Source: Methanobacteriota archaeon
Lineage (GTDB): Archaea > Halobacteriota > Bog-38 > Methanoflorentales > Methanoflorentaceae
Direction: 5' to 3'
Length of the DNA stretch: 64,000 nt
Assembly: GCA_963720465.1 (NCBI GenBank)
Contig: OY970393.1
Location: forward strand, 256,001 to 320,000
Shown here: one piece after another, positions 51,452 through 60,355 of the stretch
Layout: every line of letters starts with the position of its first letter
How positions within the stretch are numbered: position 1 is the first letter of the stretch
Translations under genes and position numbers: made by a program
The notes under the pieces: model-generated
Database searches by the model: none
What the model was told of the DNA's origin: nothing
What the model saw: the letters and a program-made list of their open reading frames with translations, nothing else

Positions 51452-52288
51452 TTATGTCTGCGGAGGTCCGTGTTCTAAAAGCTCTTGTATTCGCTGTTCC
51501 GCTGGAACAGCTTGCTTCCAAAACATTTCGAAAGTTGAGACGAGATAGTCAGCATACACGGGATCGTCGGTGTACAGCATGCTGAGCGGCTCATCGAGTC
51601 TAAGATGTTGAATATCAACGTTGATCGCACTGATGCAGTGCTTTTTGTCAAAGACTCCGAAGAACGCCCCGCGGTAATCGGCAAAGTGGCGCACATCGGC
51701 ACCGATATCCAAAAGAGAGCGAATTATGTCGATGAGCCGATACGAGATATCGGCAATGCCGCGGATTTGCGCTCCGCGCTCCTTGAGTTCTTTTTTTGCC
51801 TCAATAATGCCAAACACTTCGCTAAATTCTACTCCTTCCCGATTTGACAGCCATAAGAACTCTTCTTTGGCTGAAAGGATGACAGGTATGGCTGTGCCGA
51901 TAACTTCCTTGATACTTTTGAGGATCTTAAACGTTGCGACGTCTTCGGAGGGTCGAAATCGTTGCTGCTTTGCTAGTTCCTGCAACTCCCGCGTTCGCGC
52001 CTGCATTTCGCGGAGCTCGCTTTCATGTTTCTTGAGCGCGGCCTGGAGCGCGGTGTCGAGGTCCACCGCGGCGTACATTGTAGGTGAATCGAGGGAGGGG
52101 CGCACCATGCCTTTTTCAATCAAGCTTGTAAGCGTACGGTGCACGTCTTCTCGGTAGGTCTTCAGGGATTTCGCGAGAGGCGACGGGGTTTTTGGTCCGT
52201 ACTTGAGCAAGTGAAGGTAGAGCTGTGCCTCCTTTTCGCTGAGCCCGAAGTCTATAAGACGAGTAATGAAGTCGTCGTCGTCACCCAT
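51452..52288 (-). CDS. TrmB-like regulator, copy T1
   Basis: FGLSEKEAQLYLHLLKYGP...YREDVHRTL; full sensor domain. Confidence 0.88.
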   Translation of the reverse strand: MGDDDDFITRLIDFGLSEKEAQLYLHLLKYGPKTPSPLAKSLKTYREDVHRTLTSLIEKGMVRPSLDSPTMYAAVDLDTALQAALKKHESELREMQARTRELQELAKQQRFRPSEDVATFKILKSIKEVIGTAIPVILSAKEEFLWLSNREGVEFSEVFGIIEAKKELKERGAQIRGIADISYRLIDIIRSLLDIGADVRHFADYRGAFFGVFDKKHCISAINVDIQHLRLDEPLSMLYTDDPVYADYLVSTFEMFWKQAVPAEQRIQELLEHGPPQT

Positions 52289-52394
52289 AATCACAGTAAT
52301 TGGACGGCAGCCAGTAGAAAGCGTTACTATCTATAGCTCAGATCAAGAAGCGCCCTAGCGGCAACTGCCGGTTAAACAAACGAAAGAGTGCGTT

Positions 52395-52859
52395 CTACAG
52401 TTCTCGGATCCGCTTTTCTGCATCGACTCCTTCGCTCCATGCGGTCTCAAACGTGGCGATGAGGAATTCAGTGTAGGATTGGTCATTGGTCCAGAATGCA
52501 ACTAGCGGATCGTCAAGCGAGACATCCACGCTATTCACGTTGATCGAACTGATGCTCTCTTTCTTGTCTACGACAAGCATGAACGCTCCCTGGTACTGAT
52601 CGATGTGGCGTAATTCTTCGCCGTTGTCCACGAGTTTGCGCGCCACATCAAGGGAGCTTCCTGAAATCTTGGTGATCCCCCGTACGCGTCCGCCGTTTTC
52701 TATCAGCATTTTGGTCTTGTTTGGTATGCCGAATTGAAAGGATAAGGCCAGTATGGCAGGTTCGAGAAGCCACATGACTTCCTTTTCCGCGGATTCTACG
52801 ATATTTGATCCTGCGGCTAAGGCGTCCTTGACACTTTCAATAATGATCCCTTTGGCCAT
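52395..52859 (-). CDS. HTH-less TrmB sensor-domain protein, copy S1
   Basis: MAKGIIIESVKDA...ESAEKEVMW..P, GGRVRGIT, FWTND..Y. Confidence 0.8.
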   Translation of the reverse strand: MAKGIIIESVKDALAAGSNIVESAEKEVMWLLEPAILALSFQFGIPNKTKMLIENGGRVRGITKISGSSLDVARKLVDNGEELRHIDQYQGAFMLVVDKKESISSINVNSVDVSLDDPLVAFWTNDQSYTEFLIATFETAWSEGVDAEKRIREL

Positions 52860-52996
52860 TATTATCAGATAACGTCCTCGAGCTGATAAAGCTGTGCCTC
52901 CTAGCACGTCGTGAGGGTTCTCGTCGCTTGGATGCGCCTGTGCTGTTTGTACCAAACTGAAACGTCTCAATTCGAGGTTGGAACGGACTCTAATGA

Positions 52997-54241
52997 CTAG
53001 TGCTCTTCCCGCAGCAGCTCGTTTATGCGCTGTTCTGCGCCAGACGCCTGCTCCCAAGCCATCTCGAACGCGCTCATAAGGAATTCCGCTTGCGCAACGC
53101 CATCGCTCCATAGCGCCTCAACATTTTCGTCGAGCGAAAGGGTGGCCTTAAGAGCGGCGTGAATGAGGCTTATGCTTCGCTTGCCATCGGCCACGGCCAA
53201 CGTCATCCCGCGGTATTGGTTTGTATGCCGCAGTTCAATGCCACCATCCAGGTACGCGCGTCCAGCAGAAAGGTTCTGAAGCGAGATATCGAGCACGCTG
53301 CGGACACGCACGTCGCGGCCCACCGCACATTTAAGATGATCGAGGAACCCCCCCATCGTGATGAGGTTGAATCGGGGATGGGCGACGAATACAAGAGACG
53401 TCTCTGCCGAGTTGATGAGCTGTGAGATGGCAGCAACAAGTTCGCCGACGGTTTTCAGCATCTTGAACGCGTGGGCGTCGTCTGCTCCGCGGCTCAGCGC
53501 GCCTTTTGCGTCCCCCGCAAGCTCGTTCTTGACCCTCTGCAACCGATGCAGCTCGCACAGCCGGGACGTGAGCGCGCCGTCGAGTGCGTCTACAAGGTCT
53601 ATAGGCGCGTAGCACGATGAATCCTCCTTGCTTTTCACGATTACACCTGCGTCAATCAATCTCGCGCAACGGCGATAAGCGTCCTCGCGGTACGTCTCGA
53701 GGGATCGCGCGAGGTCTCCAGCACGCTTCGGTCCGTACTTGAGTAAATGCACGTAGAGCTGTGCCTCCTTCTCACCAAGCCCGAGCTCAGTCAGTAGTTC
53801 CGTGAGCCCTTGCTCATTATCGAGAGCGAGAGCTTTAGATGGGGGGGTTTCATCTGCGGTACGTAATTGCGTGCTATTCGCGAGTACGATGAGCTCCCGC
53901 TTTATCGCCTCCATCCGACGAAGTTCGCGTTGGCGCGGAAGCAGCACGGCGTCGAGAGCATCTTCTAAATCGATCGCTGTATAGACAGCCGGGCTCTCTT
54001 TCTTTGCGGTCACAATGGTCTTATCGGCGAGGCTTGCAAGTATTCGATAAACCTGAAGGCGATACGTCTTGAGGGATCGCGCGAGGTCTCCAGCACGCTT
54101 CGGTCCGTACTTGAGTAAATGCACGTAGAGCTGTGCCTCCTTCTCACCAAGCCCGAGCTCACTCAGTAGTTTTGCGCACGGTTCTGCATCGATGCCACAT
54201 GCCCCGTTACTCGTGCGGTAACTCGCTATCTCGCCATACAT
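52997..54241 (-). CDS. TrmB-like regulator with tandem duplicated wHTH domains (T0)
   Basis: Two copies of ELGLGEKEAQLYVHLLKYGPKRAGDLARSL followed by one sensor domain; GGAGG SD before ATG 54241. Confidence 0.85.
   Translation of the reverse strand: MYGEIASYRTSNGACGIDAEPCAKLLSELGLGEKEAQLYVHLLKYGPKRAGDLARSLKTYRLQVYRILASLADKTIVTAKKESPAVYTAIDLEDALDAVLLPRQRELRRMEAIKRELIVLANSTQLRTADETPPSKALALDNEQGLTELLTELGLGEKEAQLYVHLLKYGPKRAGDLARSLETYREDAYRRCARLIDAGVIVKSKEDSSCYAPIDLVDALDGALTSRLCELHRLQRVKNELAGDAKGALSRGADDAHAFKMLKTVGELVAAISQLINSAETSLVFVAHPRFNLITMGGFLDHLKCAVGRDVRVRSVLDISLQNLSAGRAYLDGGIELRHTNQYRGMTLAVADGKRSISLIHAALKATLSLDENVEALWSDGVAQAEFLMSAFEMAWEQASGAEQRINELLREEH
53691..54171. repeat. Near-perfect direct repeat: 53691-53799 vs 54063-54171 (91-nt exact core)
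   Basis: Identical gagggatcgc...ccgagctca at 53699-53789 and 54071-54161. Confidence 0.9.
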
Positions 54242-54473
54242 TGTGCTCCTCCCGCAAAATGTTCGCCACTTTTTTTTCACGCGCCTCTGCAGCGACGCCA
54301 GTGCCGGGCCATGTACATATGCGCGGCGCGTCGGTGCTGCTAACACCCTGATGCAGCACGTAATTTACTGCGTTTGTTAGGCGTTCTGCGCACGTGTCGC
54401 AGTTGGGGTCGCACGCGGCGTTGAGGCAGCCAAAGTGGACGCCGTAATAGCACCCCAACTTCTTCGTGACCAT
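54207..54473 (-). CDS. Small 4-Cys protein B (88 aa), paralog of 44479-44721
   Basis: MVTKKLGCYYGVHFGCLNAACDPNCDTCAERLTNAV; AGGAGG SD; overlaps the T0 start. Confidence 0.68.
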   Translation of the reverse strand: MVTKKLGCYYGVHFGCLNAACDPNCDTCAERLTNAVNYVLHQGVSSTDAPRICTWPGTGVAAEAREKKVANILREEHNVWRDSELPHE

Positions 54474-54693
54474 GCGTGTTGCCTCCTACTCGATCCTACG
54501 CGAAAAAGCGGTATAAGGCCGCGTGAACACATTTGTGTGTCACACGTAGGTGGAGGCGGCAAAAGCGCGAGCACATTGCCGGCGCTTCTGTCACACGCGC
54601 AAAAAAAAAAATAATGTTCGATTACCGATGCGTGAGCCTGTAACGTTCGTGCACGCCTTTCCTCGTCGCGCGTGTTTAGAGGCGACGCGTCGA

Positions 54694-55680
54694 TTACCGC
54701 TGAAACGCGTAGTGCGCCAGGTTTGCCACCGCAAATGCCGGGAACACCTTTGAAAGGGTTTTGCCGTACTGTTGTGAGAGCAAGCTGCACTCAAGCCTCA
54801 CTTTTGAAGCGGCTTTAGCTATCAGAAATTCCCCGAGGCCCGCGCCCACGACCGCGTTCAAGTCGTATTTGCGTGCTTGAAAAGCGAGGGCCTGGGCAAG
54901 CTCATCGACTTGAGCACTCTCTACTTGTCGGGCAACGTCGTGCGCGTTCTTGTGGCCAAGTTCATCCACGTCACAAAGCAGGATCCTTGCGATTCTTCGA
55001 TAACAGTGCTCCAGATCACGCGGTTCACCATCCGGCGTGTCGCATGCGTACTCCTCGGCGCTAATGTTACCGAGAACTCGATGGACGTCGCCGGCAATCG
55101 CGAACAGTTCGGAAGCCAGCCGATACTTCTCTCCATTGACGGTTGCGAGCCGCAAGATGGTCGCGATATTCGTTCTGAGCGCTCCTGCGTAGATGAGTTC
55201 TCGTTCGCGTAACCGTTCAAAGTCCGTTGTCGATGCCGCGGGTTTTCCGTCCCGTATGGGAATCACGTCGCACGTCGTGCTCCCGAGGTCTACGAATATG
55301 CAGTCGCTGACACGCTGCGAAACAAACGTGGCTGAAGCCGCCCAGTTTGACGCGGCGTACAAGGAGGCCTCGCTCTCAGCGATCTGCCGTGTAAACTGGC
55401 CGCGAACGTTCAGGTAGTAGGGCCTAGCGAAAACTGAGTCGACTGATGACGCGATCGAGCAGATCCCTTTCTTCTTACTCGCAAACGCGTCAGCGAGCTC
55501 GCCTGTGATCACCACGCCGACGCGTTTAGGCTGAAACTCATCCCTTATGCGTCGCAACTCGCCGGAGAGGTCGTTTTCCCGCCACAGTGGCAGGTACAGG
55601 CTTTTCGCCTGCCCGCTGGCGGAGGCAACTTTTGTATTTGCTCCTCCGATGTCGATTCCAATCGTATCGTTTAGGGCCAT
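54694..55680 (-). CDS. mfnF: Hydantoinase/oxoprolinase-like H4MPT-linked C1 protein, probable MfnF
   Basis: GIDIGGANTK, TGELADAF, ASNW.A, DLGSTTCD, ASELFA..GD, TPDG. Confidence 0.85.
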   Translation of the reverse strand: MALNDTIGIDIGGANTKVASASGQAKSLYLPLWRENDLSGELRRIRDEFQPKRVGVVITGELADAFASKKKGICSIASSVDSVFARPYYLNVRGQFTRQIAESEASLYAASNWAASATFVSQRVSDCIFVDLGSTTCDVIPIRDGKPAASTTDFERLRERELIYAGALRTNIATILRLATVNGEKYRLASELFAIAGDVHRVLGNISAEEYACDTPDGEPRDLEHCYRRIARILLCDVDELGHKNAHDVARQVESAQVDELAQALAFQARKYDLNAVVGAGLGEFLIAKAASKVRLECSLLSQQYGKTLSKVFPAFAVANLAHYAFQR

Positions 55681-55688
55681 TTGGGTGT

Positions 55689-56573
55689 TTAAACAGGACT
55701 AACAGTTCTGCAGTCGGTTCGGAAGGTGTGTGTGCCGTGAGGTTTCAGACACGTTGGTAATTGTTGCCCGAATCGCGCTTTGAAAATCAAATCGGCAACG
55801 TTCCCTATCACCTTGTCGACACTAACGATGGCCGTCGTCGGACGCGGATTCACGTCAACGATGTTAACGACGCCGTCGGGTTGAAGCACAATGTCGACGC
55901 CGACGTACCCTTCGCACCCCAGCAGCTGTGCGGCTTTTACCGCTTGATTGGTGACGCGGTTGGCGTTAGGAACTGCGTACGGCGTCGTGTTTCCGACGTA
56001 ATGAATCGCATCATCTATGCGAAGGTGCTGCTTGTTGATCGAAAGCGGAAGCGCGGTTCTGCCAATGACGAGGCTTACGCTTATGTGGTCCCCTGTCACG
56101 AACTTTGAAACAATCGTGTTCTCGTCTATGCAGTTAGCATCTAACGTTTCGACGACCCTCACCTCTTCCGCTCCGCAGCCGTAGCGTGGCTTCAGAACGT
56201 AAGGGCCTGTTGAAGGGTTTATTTCGGGAACGGTCAGCGATCCTTCCGAAAGCGCGAGAGACGCGCTGAGCTTGTCCGCCGCTCTCCTTACCCCCTCCGA
56301 GGGACAGCCGAGATTCGTGGTGTGCTGTTCCACGAGCGCTGTGAAATCGTACAAGATGCTGTCAGGTGCTATGATCATGCCTGCGTCGCAGGATCGTGCT
56401 AGCTGTTGTACCTGGCTGTAAAAAGCGTCAACGTTGCCGGTGCGAACGTGCGGCACGTGCACGACGTGTCCCGTGCGTTCAAAGCCTCCTTTCAGCGTGT
56501 CGAGCATGGCTCGCCCCTCTTTAGCGAGATTAGGCAGCATTACGCTTGCGTATTCGGCGAGGAGTATGTCCAC
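55689..56573 (-). CDS. mfnD: ATP-grasp, probable tyramine-L-glutamate ligase MfnD
   Basis: ILLAEYA, EG.AML, IAPD, KPRYGCG, PLSINKQ, GYVGVD, DVNPRPTT; next to mfnF. Confidence 0.8.
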   Translation of the reverse strand: MDILLAEYASVMLPNLAKEGRAMLDTLKGGFERTGHVVHVPHVRTGNVDAFYSQVQQLARSCDAGMIIAPDSILYDFTALVEQHTTNLGCPSEGVRRAADKLSASLALSEGSLTVPEINPSTGPYVLKPRYGCGAEEVRVVETLDANCIDENTIVSKFVTGDHISVSLVIGRTALPLSINKQHLRIDDAIHYVGNTTPYAVPNANRVTNQAVKAAQLLGCEGYVGVDIVLQPDGVVNIVDVNPRPTTAIVSVDKVIGNVADLIFKARFGQQLPTCLKPHGTHTFRTDCRTVSPV

Positions 56574-56588
56574 AGAGCCTCCTTGGAT

Positions 56589-57365
56589 TCACTGCAGCGC
56601 GCGATCGGTCAGGATCGCGTGAGCTGATGAAACGAGCTCTCGGAATGTCGCTTCGCTCGGTATGACGTCTACACACACGTCGAAACTGCCGAGTGCGTCT
56701 GCTGTCGGCTTTCCGATGGCGCCAACAACCAGATTCGCAAGTCTCTCGATGAGGTGTCCTCTTACGCCGACTTGGTCGGCGCAGTCAAACAGTGCGCGCA
56801 CCGTCATGGAGCTCGTAAAGAGAACGCCGGCGACGTCGCTTTCTACAAGCTCGCGGATGAAGTCACGCTGCTGCCGGCCACAGAGCAGTTTCAGCGTGTA
56901 CAGCACGATCTCGTTTACTGTGGCACCGCTGTTCTTGAGCCCCTCGGTTAGCTCGGAGCTGCCAAAGGCGCTGCGCAAGACCCATATGTTCTTGCGCTCA
57001 ACATCGCGCAGCATTTGGACGATGCCGTGTGAGCTATACTCTGACGGCATCATGTCGACGCGGAGATGCGCTTTGAGCATCGCGCTCCTCGTCTTGGGAC
57101 CTATGACCACCACTCGCGTCCAAGATGGAAAGCTTGCTGCATTCAATCTGAGTTCCGCGCAGCTGCGCGCGCCGTTCGCGCTCGTAATCACGACGTAGTC
57201 GATGCGGCCCGTTTTGAGCTCGTCCAAGAACATAGGCCAGAGTAAGTCTCGTATCGGCACGATGTCGACCAGTGCGGTCGCGAGCACGCCGTACCCGAAG
57301 GATTCGACAACTTTTTTCGAATCCTCCAGTTGCTTGTCAGGTCGAATGATTGCTAGTGTCTTCAT
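56589..57365 (-). CDS. hemD: Uroporphyrinogen-III synthase
   Basis: ITSANG, IGPKT, LRS..GS, FTSS, AIG.PTA; in hem operon. Confidence 0.9.
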   Translation of the reverse strand: MKTLAIIRPDKQLEDSKKVVESFGYGVLATALVDIVPIRDLLWPMFLDELKTGRIDYVVITSANGARSCAELRLNAASFPSWTRVVVIGPKTRSAMLKAHLRVDMMPSEYSSHGIVQMLRDVERKNIWVLRSAFGSSELTEGLKNSGATVNEIVLYTLKLLCGRQQRDFIRELVESDVAGVLFTSSMTVRALFDCADQVGVRGHLIERLANLVVGAIGKPTADALGSFDVCVDVIPSEATFRELVSSAHAILTDRALQ

Positions 57366-58113
57366 CGAATGGCTGTAGGATGCGTTTGAGTTTGACTACG
57401 TCGCCGATTATAAGCACTGCCGGGGCTTTCAGATCGGCATCTTTGGCCTTGCGTGCGATGTCGCTAAGAGTGCCGACGACAACTTTCTGCTGTGGCGTCG
57501 TTCCCTGTGCTATGATCGCCGCAGGCGTTTGCGCGTCCTTTCCACACGCGACCAGGTTCGCGACGTTTTCTGCGAGCGTGCCCACGCCCATTAGCACGAC
57601 GAGGGTACCATCAAGCTGTGCGAGAACTTCCCACTGCAGCTGGTTGCCCCCCGCTTCGTGACCTGTAATAATGGTGACGCTTGAGGCGTAATCTCGGTGC
57701 GTGACCGGTATGCCGGCATACGCGGGAACGGCGACCGCTGATGAGATGCCGGGCACGACCTCCACGTCGACTCCGTGCGTCATGAGCTCTTCTGCCTCTT
57801 CGCCTCCCCGACCGAACACGAAAGGATCACCTCCTTTGAGCCGCACGACTTTCTTGCCCTGACGAGCGTAGCTGACAAGCAGCGCGTTTATCTTATGCTG
57901 CGGCACCTTGTGGCGGTCCGGATCCTTTCCCACATCTAGGAGCTCCGTCTCGTGGGGAACGAGCGCGATGATGCGTTCGTCGACGAGTTTGTCGTACAAC
58001 ACCACGTCGGCGTCTTTAATCACGTGCTCTGCTTTTCGTGTCAGCAGGCCCGGATCACCCGGTCCCGCGCCTACCAGAAAGACCTTTCCTCTACTGTTGG
58101 GTGTCGGGTTCAC
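57337..58113 (-). CDS. cobA: Uroporphyrinogen-III C-methyltransferase
   Basis: VGAGPGDPGLLT, RLKGGDPFVFGRGGEE, AGIPVTHR. Confidence 0.95.
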   Translation of the reverse strand: MNPTPNSRGKVFLVGAGPGDPGLLTRKAEHVIKDADVVLYDKLVDERIIALVPHETELLDVGKDPDRHKVPQHKINALLVSYARQGKKVVRLKGGDPFVFGRGGEEAEELMTHGVDVEVVPGISSAVAVPAYAGIPVTHRDYASSVTIITGHEAGGNQLQWEVLAQLDGTLVVLMGVGTLAENVANLVACGKDAQTPAAIIAQGTTPQQKVVVGTLSDIARKAKDADLKAPAVLIIGDVVKLKRILQPFDEDTSNHST

Positions 58114-58120
58114 GTATCGG

Positions 58121-59020
58121 CTAAGCGCTGAAGCCCGTTCCGACGGCTTCTGCGATTAACGCCTCACCTCCACTTTCCTTTATTCGGAGTGCGAATGCTC
58201 GTGAACCGCGGTCGCAGTTCTCTACAAGGATGTGATCGGCGAGGCGGACCGTCCGTTGTCCGTCAAGGGAGAGCACCTCGGCGGTAACGCTGACCAAGTC
58301 GCCTTGGAGTTGTGCGAAGACGCCGAGTGGGACTAAACATCCGCCGCCCAGAGTCTCCATGATGGTGCGCTCGACCATCGCTTCGACGAGCGTCGCTCGG
58401 TCATTGAGTGTGGCAACGGCATCGTCCTCTCGGAGCTCCTCGCTCGCCATTACGACGATTATTCCTTGATTCGGTGAGGGAACGAACGGCAAGCGCTTCT
58501 GGTTGATGCGGATGCCCAAGCGCTCAAGCCCTGCTTCGGCCAGAACGATCGCGTTAAACTCGCTCGCTCTTAGTTTTCGCATTCGTGTGTCAACGTTGCC
58601 TCGAATTTGTCTTCGAACATACTGCGGAAAGTAGCGCGCCAATTGCGCGTGCCGTCTCAAGCTTGAGGTGCCTATGACGGCTCCGTCACGCAGCGGACGT
58701 TCAAATATAAGAACGTCATAGGGTGCAGAACGCGGCAGCACGGCGCACACGCCTATCTGCTGCGGCCGTTTCGTTGGCACGTCCTTCATACTGTGCACGG
58801 CGATGTCGATGTCGCCAGTGAGCATACGGTCGTCTATCTCGCGCACAAACGCTCCGATTCCGGCATCGCGGAAGGGCTTGTCGGTGAAACTGTCGCCGCT
58901 CGTTTTTACGATGACAAGCTTGCTTTCTACACCGTTCTTTGCCAGCAAGCTCTTAACGGTCTCTGCTTGAATCAACGCGAGTTTGCTGCCTCGAGTGCCG
59001 ATACGCAGTATGTTGATCAC
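58121..59020 (-). CDS. hemC: Porphobilinogen deaminase
   Basis: GTRGSKLA..Q, AVHSMKD, GTSSLRR, RGNVDTR, GGGC..P. Confidence 0.96.
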   Translation of the reverse strand: MINILRIGTRGSKLALIQAETVKSLLAKNGVESKLVIVKTSGDSFTDKPFRDAGIGAFVREIDDRMLTGDIDIAVHSMKDVPTKRPQQIGVCAVLPRSAPYDVLIFERPLRDGAVIGTSSLRRHAQLARYFPQYVRRQIRGNVDTRMRKLRASEFNAIVLAEAGLERLGIRINQKRLPFVPSPNQGIIVVMASEELREDDAVATLNDRATLVEAMVERTIMETLGGGCLVPLGVFAQLQGDLVSVTAEVLSLDGQRTVRLADHILVENCDRGSRAFALRIKESGGEALIAEAVGTGFSA

Positions 59021-59055
59021 TCTCTATTCGTTGTTCGCAGTCGCCACTAAAAATA

Positions 59056-60344
59056 CTAATAACCTGGGGTGTCGATGTCAAGGCTATAAAGCCGTTCCAA
59101 CGCGTTTGCGCACGCACGGATGGTGTATTCCAGATCTTCGTTTGAGTGTGCCAGTGAGATAAAGTTGGTCTCATATTGTGACGGAGCCAAGAAGATTCCC
59201 TCGTCGCGCATAAACGCGCTGAATTTCTTGTACAGGGCTGCGTCGCAGGTCAGCGCGTCTTGGTAGTTCCTGACCGGTTTTTCAGTGAAAAAGACTTGGA
59301 ACATCGTTCCTACCCCCTGCACCGAGATGTGGACATCGAGCTCTTCGAGGAGGTCGACAAGCATCCGTCTGAGGAGGTCTCCTAAGCCGTTGACGCGTCG
59401 ATAGCCCTCCTCGTTCAAAACGCTGAGCGTCGCTAGGCCGGCGGCGAGTGAAACGGGATGGCCGCTGAACGTCCCCGCGTTGAATACGCCTCCCGACGGG
59501 GCGACACACTCCATAATTTCCCTTGTGCCGCCAAAAACCCCTATCGGAAATCCTCCGCCGACGATTTTTCCGAGGGTAGTGAGATCAGGAGTGACCCCGT
59601 AGAGGCACTGTGCCCCGCCGATGCACAGCCGGAAGCCAGTAATCACCTCGTCAAATATCAGCAGCGTCTCATTCTCTTCGGTGACTTTTCGCACGTCGGA
59701 CAAATAGCCCTCTTCGGGCACTACCGGTCCTATATTGCCCATAACCGGTTCAATAATAAGACAGGCCGCGTCATTTTTTTCCAAAGTGCCCGAAAGGGCT
59801 TCAACGTCGTTGAACGGCACTTGTACGGTGTGTTTCACCGCTGCGGCGGGTACCCCCAACGAGCTCGGAGCCGAGATCGCGACCGATCCTGGCTTTACAA
59901 GTACCGCATCGTGCGCGCCGTGGTACCCCCCTCAACCTTCACGATGGTATCCTCTCCGGTAAACCCACGGGCGGCGCGAATCGCGCTCATCGTGGCCTCC
60001 GTCCCCGTCGACACGAATCGAAGCATCTCCATTGACGGAAAGTCCACTTGAATGCGCTCCGCTAGGTCAATCTCGGCCTTGACGGGGGTGCCATAATCCC
60101 ACCCCAACTTCAGTTGTTCGGCGACCGCCGCGTAGACCGCCGGGTGAGCGTGGCCAAGGATGAGCGGTCCATAGCCCATGCAGTAATCAATGTACAGGTT
60201 GCCGTCGGCGTCCCATATCCGAGAATCGCTCGCCTTCTGGACGTAAAACGGGTAGGGGTCAATCGCCCTCACCGGACTTGAAACGCCGCCCGGCATCAAC
60301 TTTCGGGCTTTTTCATACAGCTTCGCAGACTCGTCTGTTCGCAT
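59056..60344 (-). CDS. hemL: Glutamate-1-semialdehyde 2,1-aminomutase, frameshifted at the G6 run 59926-59931
   Basis: [18 protein letters not shown]; [17 protein letters not shown]; one extra G restores EGGYHGAHD. Confidence 0.93.
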
Positions 60345-60355
60345 CGGTACCCTCC

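Noticed and set aside
54242-54310. ILREEH in Cys protein B resembling the LLREEH end of T0
   Set aside because: Short match that overlaps the SD sequence; may be chance
42020-54693. Block as a mobile element or prophage
   Set aside because: No integrase, transposase, att duplication or viral gene seen
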